Shown: piece by piece, positions 44,535 to 52,703 of the stretch
Layout: every line of letters begins with the position of its first letter
Numbering within the stretch: position 1 is the first letter of the stretch
The notes under the pieces: generated by a model
What the model saw: only the letters and a program-made list of their open reading frames with translations
Databases searched by the model: none
What the model was told of the DNA's origin: nothing
Assembly (NCBI GenBank): GCA_964420395.1
Contig: CAYQTJ010000004.1
Span: forward strand, 2,506 to 66,505
Source of the DNA: an uncultured Fibrobacteraceae bacterium
GTDB lineage: Bacteria > Krumholzibacteriota > Krumholzibacteriia > LZORAL124-64-63
Length of the DNA: 64,000 bases
Direction of reading: 5' to 3'
Translations under genes and position numbers: made by a program

Positions 44535-45361
44535 CGGGGCGGAAGCAGGGGGCGACGTGGCTCGCGGCGACCCTCGTATCGGCATGGCTCGTGGCGGCGT
44601 CGGCGGGGTCGGCGTCGGCCCAGGCCGGGACCGACAGCCTGCCGGCCGGTGCGCCGGCGGCGGGGGCCGGTCCCGATTCCGCGGCCGTTGTCCCGTTCGC
44701 GCCGGGCGAGCGGCTGGTCTTCTCCATCGACTACGGACCGGTCAACGCCGGCGAGGGCACGCTGGAGGTGCGGGGGCTGGTCGAGACCGACGGGCACCCC
44801 TGCTATCTGATCGAGAGCCGTGCCTCGTCCAATCGATTCTTCTCCGCCTTCTACATGGTGCGGGACAAGGTCGTCTCGCATGTCGACGTGGCGCGCCTCT
44901 ACTCCCGCTACTTCGCGAAGCGGCTGCGGGAGGGGGAGTACCGGCAGAACATCGAGGTGCGGTTCGACCAGGTGGCCGGGAAGGCGCACTATGCCGACGG
45001 GCGGACTTTTGATACCATGCCGGGCGTCCACGACGTGCTGTCGGCCTTCTATTTCGTGCGGACGCTCGCGCTCGAGCCGGGCCGGACCTACCACGTCGAC
45101 ACCCACAGTTCGCGCAAGAACTATCCGCTGGAAGTCATCGTGCACGGGCGGGAGAGGGTGAAGGTGCCGGCGGGGGAGTTCGACTGCCTGGTGGTGGAGC
45201 CGGTGATCCTGGGCGACGGCCTGTTCCAGCACGAGGGCAGCCTGACCATCTGGCTGACCGACGACGCCCGCAAGATGCCGGTCCTCATGAAGACCAAGGT
45301 GAAGGTCGGGTCGATCGACGCCTCGCTCAAGGAGTTCGTGACGGGAGGGGCGCCGCGCTGA
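44531..45361 (+). CDS. DUF3108 domain-containing secreted protein
   Basis: Signal peptide …LVAASAGSASA-QA. …GERLVFSIDYGPVNAGEGTLEV…, …LTIWLTDDARKMPVLMKTKVKVGSIDASLKEF is a DUF3108 pattern. ATGA overlap. Confidence 0.7.
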   Translation: MTGRKQGATWLAATLVSAWLVAASAGSASAQAGTDSLPAGAPAAGAGPDSAAVVPFAPGERLVFSIDYGPVNAGEGTLEVRGLVETDGHPCYLIESRASSNRFFSAFYMVRDKVVSHVDVARLYSRYFAKRLREGEYRQNIEVRFDQVAGKAHYADGRTFDTMPGVHDVLSAFYFVRTLALEPGRTYHVDTHSSRKNYPLEVIVHGRERVKVPAGEFDCLVVEPVILGDGLFQHEGSLTIWLTDDARKMPVLMKTKVKVGSIDASLKEFVTGGAPR

Positions 45362-45383
45362 GGCGGGGCCCGGGGAGGGATCC

Positions 45384-46412
45384 GTGTCGTCATCGGGGAA
45401 CGACGGTCGGTCGCCTGGCCTGCCGCTGCGCGGCTGGCCGGAGGTCGACCTGGACCGGGTGCGTCGGCTCCCGTTCCAGGCGCGCCTGAACAAGGTCTCC
45501 ATCGACGACTTCGGCCGGCCGTCCGCCCCGGGCGACGGCGGCGGCGCGTGGAACCGCTGGCTCGACGGCCTGCCACGGCTGCTGGCGGCGGACAACCTGC
45601 GCCTGCTCGTGGCCCGGCTGCGGGAGGCCCGGCGCGACCGCCGCGTCATCCTCTGGCTGCTCGGCGGGCACGTCGTCAAGACCGGCCTCGCCCCCTACCT
45701 GATCGACCTGATGGATCGCGGCTACCTGACGGCCGTGGCGATGAACGGCTCGGCCTCCATCCATGACGTGGAGGCGGCGCTGTTCGGTCGCACCAGCGAG
45801 GACGTGGCGCGGAATCTCGAGGACGGCAGCTTCGGGATGGTCGCCGAAACCGGCGACTTCTTCCGCGCGGCCTACCGCGAGGCCTTCGCGGACGGATGCG
45901 GCATGGGCGAAGGGGTCGCCCGGAAGCTCGAGCGGGCGGCCGCGCCCCATCGCGACCGGAGCGTGCTGCACGGAGCCTGGCGGCGCGACCTGCCGTGCAC
46001 CGTGCACGTCGCCATCGGCACCGACATCATCCATCAGCAGCCCGGCGCCGACGGCGCGGCCATCGGCGAGTTGACGATGCGCGACTTCCGCGTGCTGGCC
46101 GAGGTGACGCGCGGCCTGGCGCCGGTCGGCGTGGTGGTCAACCTGGGCTCGGCGGTGGTCATGCCGGAGGTGTTCCTGAAGGCCTATACGGTCGCGCGCA
46201 ATCTGGGCTGTCGCCCCGACCGACTGACGACCGCCAATCTGGACATGCTCCAGCACTACCGACCGCGCGAGAACGTGCTGCAGCGCCCCACCGCGCTCGG
46301 CGGCGACGCGATCCCGCTGACCGGTCACCACGAGATCATGGTGCCGCTGCTGCACGCGCTGCTGGTCGACGCGGATGACGCCGACGCGGGCGCGCGGCGG
46401 GGGCCGGCATGA
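45384..46412 (+). CDS. Deoxyhypusine-synthase-like family protein (function here unknown)
   Basis: …VILWLLGGHVVKTGLAPYLIDLMDRGYLTAVAMNGSASIHDVEAAL… and …HVAIGTDIIHQ… resemble the DHS-like NAD-binding fold family. Assignment is from memory of the family pattern only. Confidence 0.45.
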   Translation: MSSSGNDGRSPGLPLRGWPEVDLDRVRRLPFQARLNKVSIDDFGRPSAPGDGGGAWNRWLDGLPRLLAADNLRLLVARLREARRDRRVILWLLGGHVVKTGLAPYLIDLMDRGYLTAVAMNGSASIHDVEAALFGRTSEDVARNLEDGSFGMVAETGDFFRAAYREAFADGCGMGEGVARKLERAAAPHRDRSVLHGAWRRDLPCTVHVAIGTDIIHQQPGADGAAIGELTMRDFRVLAEVTRGLAPVGVVVNLGSAVVMPEVFLKAYTVARNLGCRPDRLTTANLDMLQHYRPRENVLQRPTALGGDAIPLTGHHEIMVPLLHALLVDADDADAGARRGPA

Positions 46413-48001
46413 GGAGCCGCGGACGCGCCGACTCCGCCTGGGTGCCCGACCCGGCCTGGCTCCATCCGGACCGGGCGGCGCAGGACGCCGAGGGGATCAG
46501 CGGCGGCTTCCTGCTGCTGGTCACGCTGCTGGCGGCGGTGGTGCGGTTCTACCACCTCGGCGGGCAGCCGCTCTGGGTCGACGAGGAGATGACCTGGGCG
46601 ATGATCCGCCCCGACGCAGGGCTGTCGTTCGGCCGCCAGCTGCTCGACGAGATCCAGGGACCGCTCTATCTCGCGGCGAGCTGGCCGCTGGCGCGGGAGT
46701 TCGGGCTGTCGGAGTCGTGGGTGCGGGCGCCGGCGGCGCTGGCCGGCGTGCTGGCGGTGCCGCTGGCCGGGCTGCTCGGGCGGCGGCTGTGCGGGGCGCG
46801 CACGGGGCGCCTGCTGGCGCTCCTGCTGGCCGTCAGTCCGTTCCACCTCTGGTACAGCCAGGAGGCGCGGGGCTACAGCTTCCTGGTGCTGTTCGCGATC
46901 CTCTCGACCCTGGCCTTCCTGCGGCTCGCGGAGTCGCCGCGCGGCGGACGGGCGGCGGCCTACGCGCTGGCCGCGGCCGCGATGGCCTGGAGCAATCTGT
47001 CGGGGCTGTTCCTGATCGGGGCGCAGGCCGTGGCGGTCCTGATCGTGGTGCGTCCCCGGGGCGCGCGTGCCCGCTGGCTCTGGGTGGCCGCCTTCGGCCT
47101 GGTGGGGCTGGGGGTCCTGCCGTGGCTGCTGCGGGCGTCGGGCATCCTCGCCGTGGACCGGCTGCTGCCGGGGGCGGCGGCCGGCGCGGCGCTGAGGGGG
47201 GAAACCACCTTCAGCCCGCTGGCCCTGCCGTTCACCCTGTTCGCCTTCCTCTTCGGCTACAGCCTCGGCCCGTCGCTCGCGGAACTGCACCAGGCGGATC
47301 GCCTGGGGGTGGTGCGGGCGCACTGGCCGGTGCTGGCCGCGGCGGCCACCGCCGCCGCGGTGGTGCTCGCGGCCGGCGTGGCGCGCCTGGGTCGCCGCAC
47401 CGGGACCCTGCTCGCGCTCTGGATCCTGTTGCCGGCCGCGGCGATCAGCCTGCTGGCGCTGCAGAACGTGAAGCCGTTCAATCCCCGATACCTGGCGGCG
47501 ACCTTCCCGCTGGTGCTGCTGGTCGCGGCCCGCGGCCTGGGGGGGCTGCCACGGCGCCTGGGCCGGGCGGGCGGTTTCCTGCTCTGCGGGCTCTGCCTCT
47601 GGTCGCTCTGGGGCTACCACGGCGACCCGCGCTACGCGAAGGAGGACGTGCGGGACGCGGCGGCGTGGGTCGGGGGGCGGGCCGAAGCGGGCGATCCGGT
47701 GATCGTGCCGGTGATCACCCGGGTCTGGAACCTCTATCACCAGGGACCGGGCCGCGTCGTGCCGATGTGGGAATCGACCACGGTCGCCGATGCCGCCACC
47801 GCGCGCGCCTTCCTGGTCCCGCGGATGGCCGGCGCCGCCCACGGCTTCCTGGTGCTGTCGCGAGCCTGGGAGATCGACCCCGACGGTCGGCTGGCCGCCG
47901 CGCTGGCTAGCGAGGCGCGCGTGGTCGAAGAGGTGCGTTTCCCCGGCGTGCGGGTGATGGAGTGGAGGCGCGAGCCGCCCCGGGCGGGGGACGGGCCATG
48001 A
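46409..48001 (+). CDS. ArnT/PMT-like (GT-C fold, GT39/GT83-type) polyprenyl-phosphate-sugar-dependent glycosyltransferase
   Basis: …VVRFYHLGGQPLWVDEEMTW… (DE motif in the first loop), about 10 TM segments, and a soluble C-terminal domain. ATGA overlap. Confidence 0.65.
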   Translation: MRSRGRADSAWVPDPAWLHPDRAAQDAEGISGGFLLLVTLLAAVVRFYHLGGQPLWVDEEMTWAMIRPDAGLSFGRQLLDEIQGPLYLAASWPLAREFGLSESWVRAPAALAGVLAVPLAGLLGRRLCGARTGRLLALLLAVSPFHLWYSQEARGYSFLVLFAILSTLAFLRLAESPRGGRAAAYALAAAAMAWSNLSGLFLIGAQAVAVLIVVRPRGARARWLWVAAFGLVGLGVLPWLLRASGILAVDRLLPGAAAGAALRGETTFSPLALPFTLFAFLFGYSLGPSLAELHQADRLGVVRAHWPVLAAAATAAAVVLAAGVARLGRRTGTLLALWILLPAAAISLLALQNVKPFNPRYLAATFPLVLLVAARGLGGLPRRLGRAGGFLLCGLCLWSLWGYHGDPRYAKEDVRDAAAWVGGRAEAGDPVIVPVITRVWNLYHQGPGRVVPMWESTTVADAATARAFLVPRMAGAAHGFLVLSRAWEIDPDGRLAAALASEARVVEEVRFPGVRVMEWRREPPRAGDGP

Positions 48002-48684
48002 GCCACGATCTCTTCGCGGCGCGGGGGGGCTTCGACGCCTTCCTGGGCGACGCCGCGGGCGACCTGCCGCGCCCGGACACCGTCCCGTTCGCCGTGGGCA
48101 AGCGGCTGTTCGACCTGGCCGCCGCGCTCGGCGGCCTGCTGCTGCTGCTGCCGCTCTTCCCGTTCCTCGTGCTCCTGATCCGTCTCGACACCCCGGGGCC
48201 GATCTTCTTCCGCCAGGAGCGGGTCGGGCGGTACGGGCGCCGGTTCACCTGCTGGAAGTTCCGCTCCATGGTGTGCGATGCCGAGGCGCGCAAGCGGGAC
48301 ATCTCCTATCTCAACGAAGCCACCGGCGCCGCCTTCAAGATCAAGGACGATCCGCGCATCACCGGCGTCGGCCGGTTCATTCGGCGCAGCAGCCTCGACG
48401 AATTCCCGCAGCTGTTCAACGTCCTGCGGGGGGAGATGTCGATCGTCGGACCGCGGCCGCAGATCCCCGACGAGGTGGCACAGTACACGCCACGACAGGC
48501 CGCGCGCCTGCTCGTCAAGCCGGGGCTGACCTGCCTGTGGCAGGTGTCGGGGCGCAGCCAGCTCGATTTCGAGGAGTGGATGTCGCTGGACCTGGAATAC
48601 GTGCGGCGCCGCAGCCTCGGCCTCGACTTCTGGATCCTGGGCCGCACCCTGCCGGCGGTCATCGAGCGCAAAGGCGCGTACTAG
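47998..48684 (+). CDS. Bacterial sugar transferase (polyprenyl-phosphate hexose-1-phosphate transferase, WbaP/EpsL-like small form)
   Basis: KRLFDLAAALGGLLLLLPLF…DTPGPIFFRQERVGRYGRRFTCWKFRSM…, DELPQL-type DEFPQLFNVLRGEMSIVGPRP. ATGA overlap. Confidence 0.85.
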   Translation: MSHDLFAARGGFDAFLGDAAGDLPRPDTVPFAVGKRLFDLAAALGGLLLLLPLFPFLVLLIRLDTPGPIFFRQERVGRYGRRFTCWKFRSMVCDAEARKRDISYLNEATGAAFKIKDDPRITGVGRFIRRSSLDEFPQLFNVLRGEMSIVGPRPQIPDEVAQYTPRQAARLLVKPGLTCLWQVSGRSQLDFEEWMSLDLEYVRRRSLGLDFWILGRTLPAVIERKGAY

Positions 48685-48692
48685 GGGGCCTC

Positions 48693-49067
48693 TTGCTCGG
48701 ACTCGGGGCCGACCTGGTGGAGGTTTCGCGCGTGGAGGCGCTGCTGCGGCGTCACGGCGCCCGCTTCCGGGAGCGGATCTCGAGCGCGGCCGAGCTGGCC
48801 GGCGGTCCCGCGGCGACCGCCGCCGGCGAGGCGGCGGCGCTGGCGGAGCGCTGGGCGGCCAAGGAGGCCTGCCTGAAGGCGCTGGGGGCGGGCGCCGCCG
48901 GCGTGCCCCTGTCGGCGATCGAGGTGATCGCCGGGCGGGAGGGGGCGCCGGCGCTGCGGCTGCGGGGGGCCGCGGCGGCGGCGCTGGCGGCGATGGGGGG
49001 CAGCTCGGCCCACCTCGCGCTCGCGCGGGCCGGCGACTGGGCCGCGGCGCTCGTGGCGATCGCCTGA
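48693..49067 (+). CDS. acpS: Holo-[acyl-carrier-protein] synthase (4'-phosphopantetheinyl transferase)
   Basis: LLGLGADLVEVSRVE…, …RWAAKEACLKALG…, and …LSLSH-type …AHLALARAGDWAAALVAIA ending. TTG start at 48693. Confidence 0.7.
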   Translation: MLGLGADLVEVSRVEALLRRHGARFRERISSAAELAGGPAATAAGEAAALAERWAAKEACLKALGAGAAGVPLSAIEVIAGREGAPALRLRGAAAAALAAMGGSSAHLALARAGDWAAALVAIA

Positions 49068-49162
49068 GATGACGCGGCGGAGGGAGCTTGCCCGGCCGCG
49101 CTCCTGCGGATATCATCCGGCTGCCGACGATCGGGCGAAACCGCGGTCGTTCCGGGAGGGAC

Positions 49163-50101
49163 GTGCCTTTGCTCCGGCTGGACTACCTGCAGTTGGACGT
49201 CTTCACCGACCGCCCGTTCGGGGGGAGTCGGCTCACGCTCTTTCCGCGCGGCGAGGGGCTCTCCGGCCGCCTGATGCAGGCCATCGCCGGCGAGGTGGGC
49301 TGCGGCGAGACCGCCTTCGTGCTGCCCAGCCGCCAGCGTCGGCAGAACTGGTGGGCGCTGCGCATCTTCACGCCCCGCGCGGAGATCCCGTTCGCCGGCC
49401 ATTCGGTGCTCGGCGCCGCCTGCGCGCTCGACCACCTCGGCCTGCTCGCGCACAGTGGCGATCGCACGCTGTGCGAGTGGGAACTCGAGGCGGGGTATTT
49501 TCCGGTGGTGATCCGGGACGAGGGGGGCAGTCCCCTCTACAGCCTCGTGCACAACCCGCCGGTGTTCCTCGGCCGCTACTACCACCGGGATCGCGTGGCG
49601 CGTGCGCTTGGCCTGCCGGTGGAAGAGCTGGCGATCACCGGACTGCCGTGCGAGGTGATCTCGACCGGCCTGCCGATCCACGTCGTGCCGGTCGGCTCGC
49701 TGGCTGCCGTGCAGAGCATCGTGCCGCGCGCGGCCGAGACCGAGGCGATCGCCGCCGATCTCGGCTTCGGCGACCTGTTCGTGTTCACGTGCGAGACGGA
49801 AGCCGAAGACGCCGACGTGCATTGCCGGATGTTCGCGCCCCACTTCGGCATTCCCGAGGATCCGGCGAGCGGCTCGGCCATGGGGGCGCTGGCGGCGTAC
49901 CTGATCAAGCACCGCCTCGTGGCCATGGAGCCGCACCTGCGGCTCGTCGGCGAGCAGGGGCTGGAGATGGGCCGTCCCAGCCGCCTGATCGTCGAGGCCG
50001 AGATCGAGAACGGACAGGCCAGCCTGATCCAGGTGGGGGGGCGCTGCCTCGTCGTGGGCGAGGGGCGGCTCACCCTCGCGGGTGACCCCTTCGCGAGTTG
50101 A
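49163..50101 (+). CDS. PhzF-family isomerase-like protein
   Basis: …LQLDVFTDRPFGGSRLTLF…ETAFV…, …MFAPHFGIPEDPASGSAMGALAAYL. Start set to GTG 49163 after GGGAGGG. Confidence 0.8.
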   Translation: MPLLRLDYLQLDVFTDRPFGGSRLTLFPRGEGLSGRLMQAIAGEVGCGETAFVLPSRQRRQNWWALRIFTPRAEIPFAGHSVLGAACALDHLGLLAHSGDRTLCEWELEAGYFPVVIRDEGGSPLYSLVHNPPVFLGRYYHRDRVARALGLPVEELAITGLPCEVISTGLPIHVVPVGSLAAVQSIVPRAAETEAIAADLGFGDLFVFTCETEAEDADVHCRMFAPHFGIPEDPASGSAMGALAAYLIKHRLVAMEPHLRLVGEQGLEMGRPSRLIVEAEIENGQASLIQVGGRCLVVGEGRLTLAGDPFAS

Positions 50102-50138
50102 ATCCTGCGACTGCCGGAGCGAAAGGAGCCGACGCCCG

Positions 50139-51797
50139 ATGACCACGCCCGCCGGACTGAGCCCCGAGATGTGCGACATGGTGGTGCAGACCCTGCGCCA
50201 GGTGGTGAAGCGCGACCTTCCCGACGAACGGGTGCTGGCGCTCGATCACGACGAGACCTTCCCGGAGGAGTTCATCCGAACCCTGCTTTCGCCCGAGGTG
50301 GGACTGCACCTGCTGTTCCTCCCCGAAGCCGTGGGGGGGCTCGGCGGCGGCGCGCGCGACATCTGCCGCGTCTCGGAAGAGATGGCGGGCATCGACCTGG
50401 GGGTGGCCACCGCGTTCCTGGCCATCTGCCTCGGAACCGATCCGATCATCGTGGGGGGCACGCCGGAGCAGAAGACGCGCTGGTTGTCGCGCATCGCGGG
50501 CGAGGGGCTGATCGTCGCCTACGGCGTGACCGAGCCGGCGGCCGGCAGCAACGTGGCGGCGCTCCAGACGCGGGCCGAGCCGGTGCGCGATCCGGCCGGC
50601 ACGATCACGCACTACCGCCTCAACGGCGCGAAGCAGTTCATCACCAATGGCGGCGTGGCGCAGCTGTACACGATCCTGGCGCAGGCCCCCGCGGGGCCGA
50701 CATTCTTCGTGGTGGAGCGCGACACGCCCGGGGTGTCGGCCGGCAGGCAGGAGGACAAGCACGGCATCCGGGCGTCCAACACGACCAGCGTCCTGCTCGA
50801 GGACGTGCTGGTGCCGGCGGACCAGTTGATCGGTCTCGAGGAGGGGCGGGGCCTGAAGCAGGCCAACGCGGTCTTCGGCTACACGCGGCTCATGGTGGGC
50901 GCGTTCGGGCTCGGCGCGGGCCAGATGGCGCTCGACCGGGCGCTCGACTACGCCCGCTCGCGCGTCCAGTTCGGCTCGCCGCTGATCGAGAAGCAGGGTT
51001 ACACGCACAAGCTGCTGGTGCCGAACTGGGTCGACCTGGCGGCCGGCCGGGCGTACGTGCGGGAGATCGCGCTGCGCATCGACTCGGGGGAGCACGACCT
51101 GCAGGTGGAGGGCTCGATCGCCAAGCTCTGGTGCACCGAGGCGGGCAACCGCGCCGCGGACGCCGCGCTGCAGGCCTTCGGCGGCTATGGCTACACGCGC
51201 GAGTACATGGTCGAGAAGATCCGGCGCGACGTGCGCATCACGAGCATCTACGAGGGAACCAGCGAGATCCAGCAGAGCATCATCGGACTGTTCCGCTGGA
51301 AGGAGACCGTCCGCTCGAAGGGGGCCTTCTACGGCGACGCCGCCGCCTCGCTCGACGCGCTGCACGAGCGGCATCCGCAGGTGGGGGCCCGGCTCGCGGC
51401 GGTGGCGCTGCGCACGCTGGGGGAGGCGATCCTCCATTGCCACGCGGCGGGGTTGACCAGGCAGCAGATCGTCCAGTTCACCCTCGCCGACATGGCCACG
51501 GCGGCGGAGGTGGCGGGGGCGTTCTGCCGCCTGACCGCCGCCGAGGCCGACGCCGGCGCGGCCGACGCGACGACGCGGGCCGCGATGAGCCGGCAGTGCG
51601 CGCGGCAGGCGCTGGCGGCGGTGCGGCGCGGAGCCCTGGAGTGCGCGTTGGGCCAGGTCGATCCGGCGGACGAGGCGCAACTGGCACAGGCGGCGCCGGC
51701 GGTGGCGACCCTGGCGCCGGTGGAGGCCTGGCGGACCCTGGCGGGCGGGTGGCGGGACCACGATCTGATCGCGCAGCACCTGCGGGGGCTCGCCTAG
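50139..51797 (+). CDS. Acyl-CoA dehydrogenase (long form with an extra C-terminal helical domain)
   Basis: …AYGVTEPAAGSNVAALQT…, …QFITNGG…, and …GGYGYTREYMVEKIRRDVRITSIYEGTSEIQ. Start at ATG 50139 after AAAGGAG. Confidence 0.85.
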   Translation: MTTPAGLSPEMCDMVVQTLRQVVKRDLPDERVLALDHDETFPEEFIRTLLSPEVGLHLLFLPEAVGGLGGGARDICRVSEEMAGIDLGVATAFLAICLGTDPIIVGGTPEQKTRWLSRIAGEGLIVAYGVTEPAAGSNVAALQTRAEPVRDPAGTITHYRLNGAKQFITNGGVAQLYTILAQAPAGPTFFVVERDTPGVSAGRQEDKHGIRASNTTSVLLEDVLVPADQLIGLEEGRGLKQANAVFGYTRLMVGAFGLGAGQMALDRALDYARSRVQFGSPLIEKQGYTHKLLVPNWVDLAAGRAYVREIALRIDSGEHDLQVEGSIAKLWCTEAGNRAADAALQAFGGYGYTREYMVEKIRRDVRITSIYEGTSEIQQSIIGLFRWKETVRSKGAFYGDAAASLDALHERHPQVGARLAAVALRTLGEAILHCHAAGLTRQQIVQFTLADMATAAEVAGAFCRLTAAEADAGAADATTRAAMSRQCARQALAAVRRGALECALGQVDPADEAQLAQAAPAVATLAPVEAWRTLAGGWRDHDLIAQHLRGLA

Positions 51798-51902
51798 GTC
51801 CGGATGGCGCCGCCGCGCCGCTCAAGCCGGGGGCGGGAGGCGCGATGTACAGACGCTGGCGGTCGCGGAGCGCCTCGCCGCCGCGGAGCCGGCAGGAGTG
51901 GC

Positions 51903-52341
51903 ATGGATGAGCCGGACGAAATGTCATGGACGACCCACCCGTTCCGCCGCCACCCCGGGCGCGGCCTGGCCGGTCTCGGCGTGAGCCTCGCCGCGCTGGC
52001 GCTGGTGCAGGCGTGGGCGCGGACGGCCGCGCTCACCGGGCTGGGGGCGCTGCTGCTGGCGGTGTCGCTCTGGCCGTTCTACTTCCCCACGCGCTGGCGG
52101 GTCGACGGGACCGGCGTCGCGGCCGACTACGGGCTGTGGCGACGGCGATGGCCCTGGGAGCGTTTCCGGGCCTGCGTCCCGCTGCCGGGCGCGGTGGTGC
52201 TGACCCCCCTTCGCCCGGCCGCACCCGCTGGAGCGCTGGCGCGCGGTCGTGGTGCCGTGCCCGGACGCGGGGGAGCGGCTGCTGGCGACGCTGTCCCGGC
52301 GTCTGCCCTGCCGGGACGGGAAGGGGGGGGGTGCCGCGTGA
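51903..52341 (+). CDS. Small membrane protein (two N-terminal helices plus a short PH-like soluble domain). The reading frame appears to shift +1 in a C6 run at 52204-52209 (assembly indel, pseudogene or recoding)
   Basis: Frame 0 from ATG 51903 is convincing up to about 52203. From 52204 the +1 frame (PFARPHPLERWRAVVVPCPDAGERLLATLSRRL…) has 43/45 codons ending in G/C versus 30/45 in frame 0. It also ends in a TGA that overlaps the next GTG start. Confidence 0.45.
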
Positions 52342-52703
52342 ACGCGCCCCGGTCCCAGCCGCCGGCCCTGCCCGGCGCGGCGGCGCTCGCCGAAGCGACC
52401 GGCCCTCGGCCCGCCACACTCGAGGCCGCGGACGACCTCCTGCTGGCCGAACTGGCCCTCGCGGTGCAGCGGCGCGGCCTGGCCACCCCCGCGGTGCTTT
52501 GGCTGGAGAGCCTGCGGCCGCTCTCGTTCGTCGGCGCGCAGGCGATGCACGCGCTGACCCCCTTCGTCCAACTGCTGACCAGGGGTGCCCGGTTCGAACG
52601 GCTCGCCGAGATCTTCGAGGATCGCGGGCACCTGGAGCGCTTCCTGCGCCTGATCGAGACCGCGGCGGCGGCGCCGGCCGCAAGGACGGAGGGCCCGCAG
52701 TGA
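52338..52703 (+). CDS. Hypothetical small protein (about 121 aa)
   Basis: GTG 52338 in a GTGA overlap. …LATPAVLWLESLRPLSFVGAQAMHALTPFVQLL… High GC3. It is the C-terminal part of track ORF 51804..52703. Confidence 0.45.
   Translation: MNAPRSQPPALPGAAALAEATGPRPATLEAADDLLLAELALAVQRRGLATPAVLWLESLRPLSFVGAQAMHALTPFVQLLTRGARFERLAEIFEDRGHLERFLRLIETAAAAPAARTEGPQ

Noticed and set aside
51804-52703. Single 299-aa ORF as given in the track
   Set aside because: GC3 collapses in frame 0 between 52204 and 52338, while the +1 frame is coding-like and ends in a GTGA junction. I interpret this as two genes plus a frameshift (see findings).
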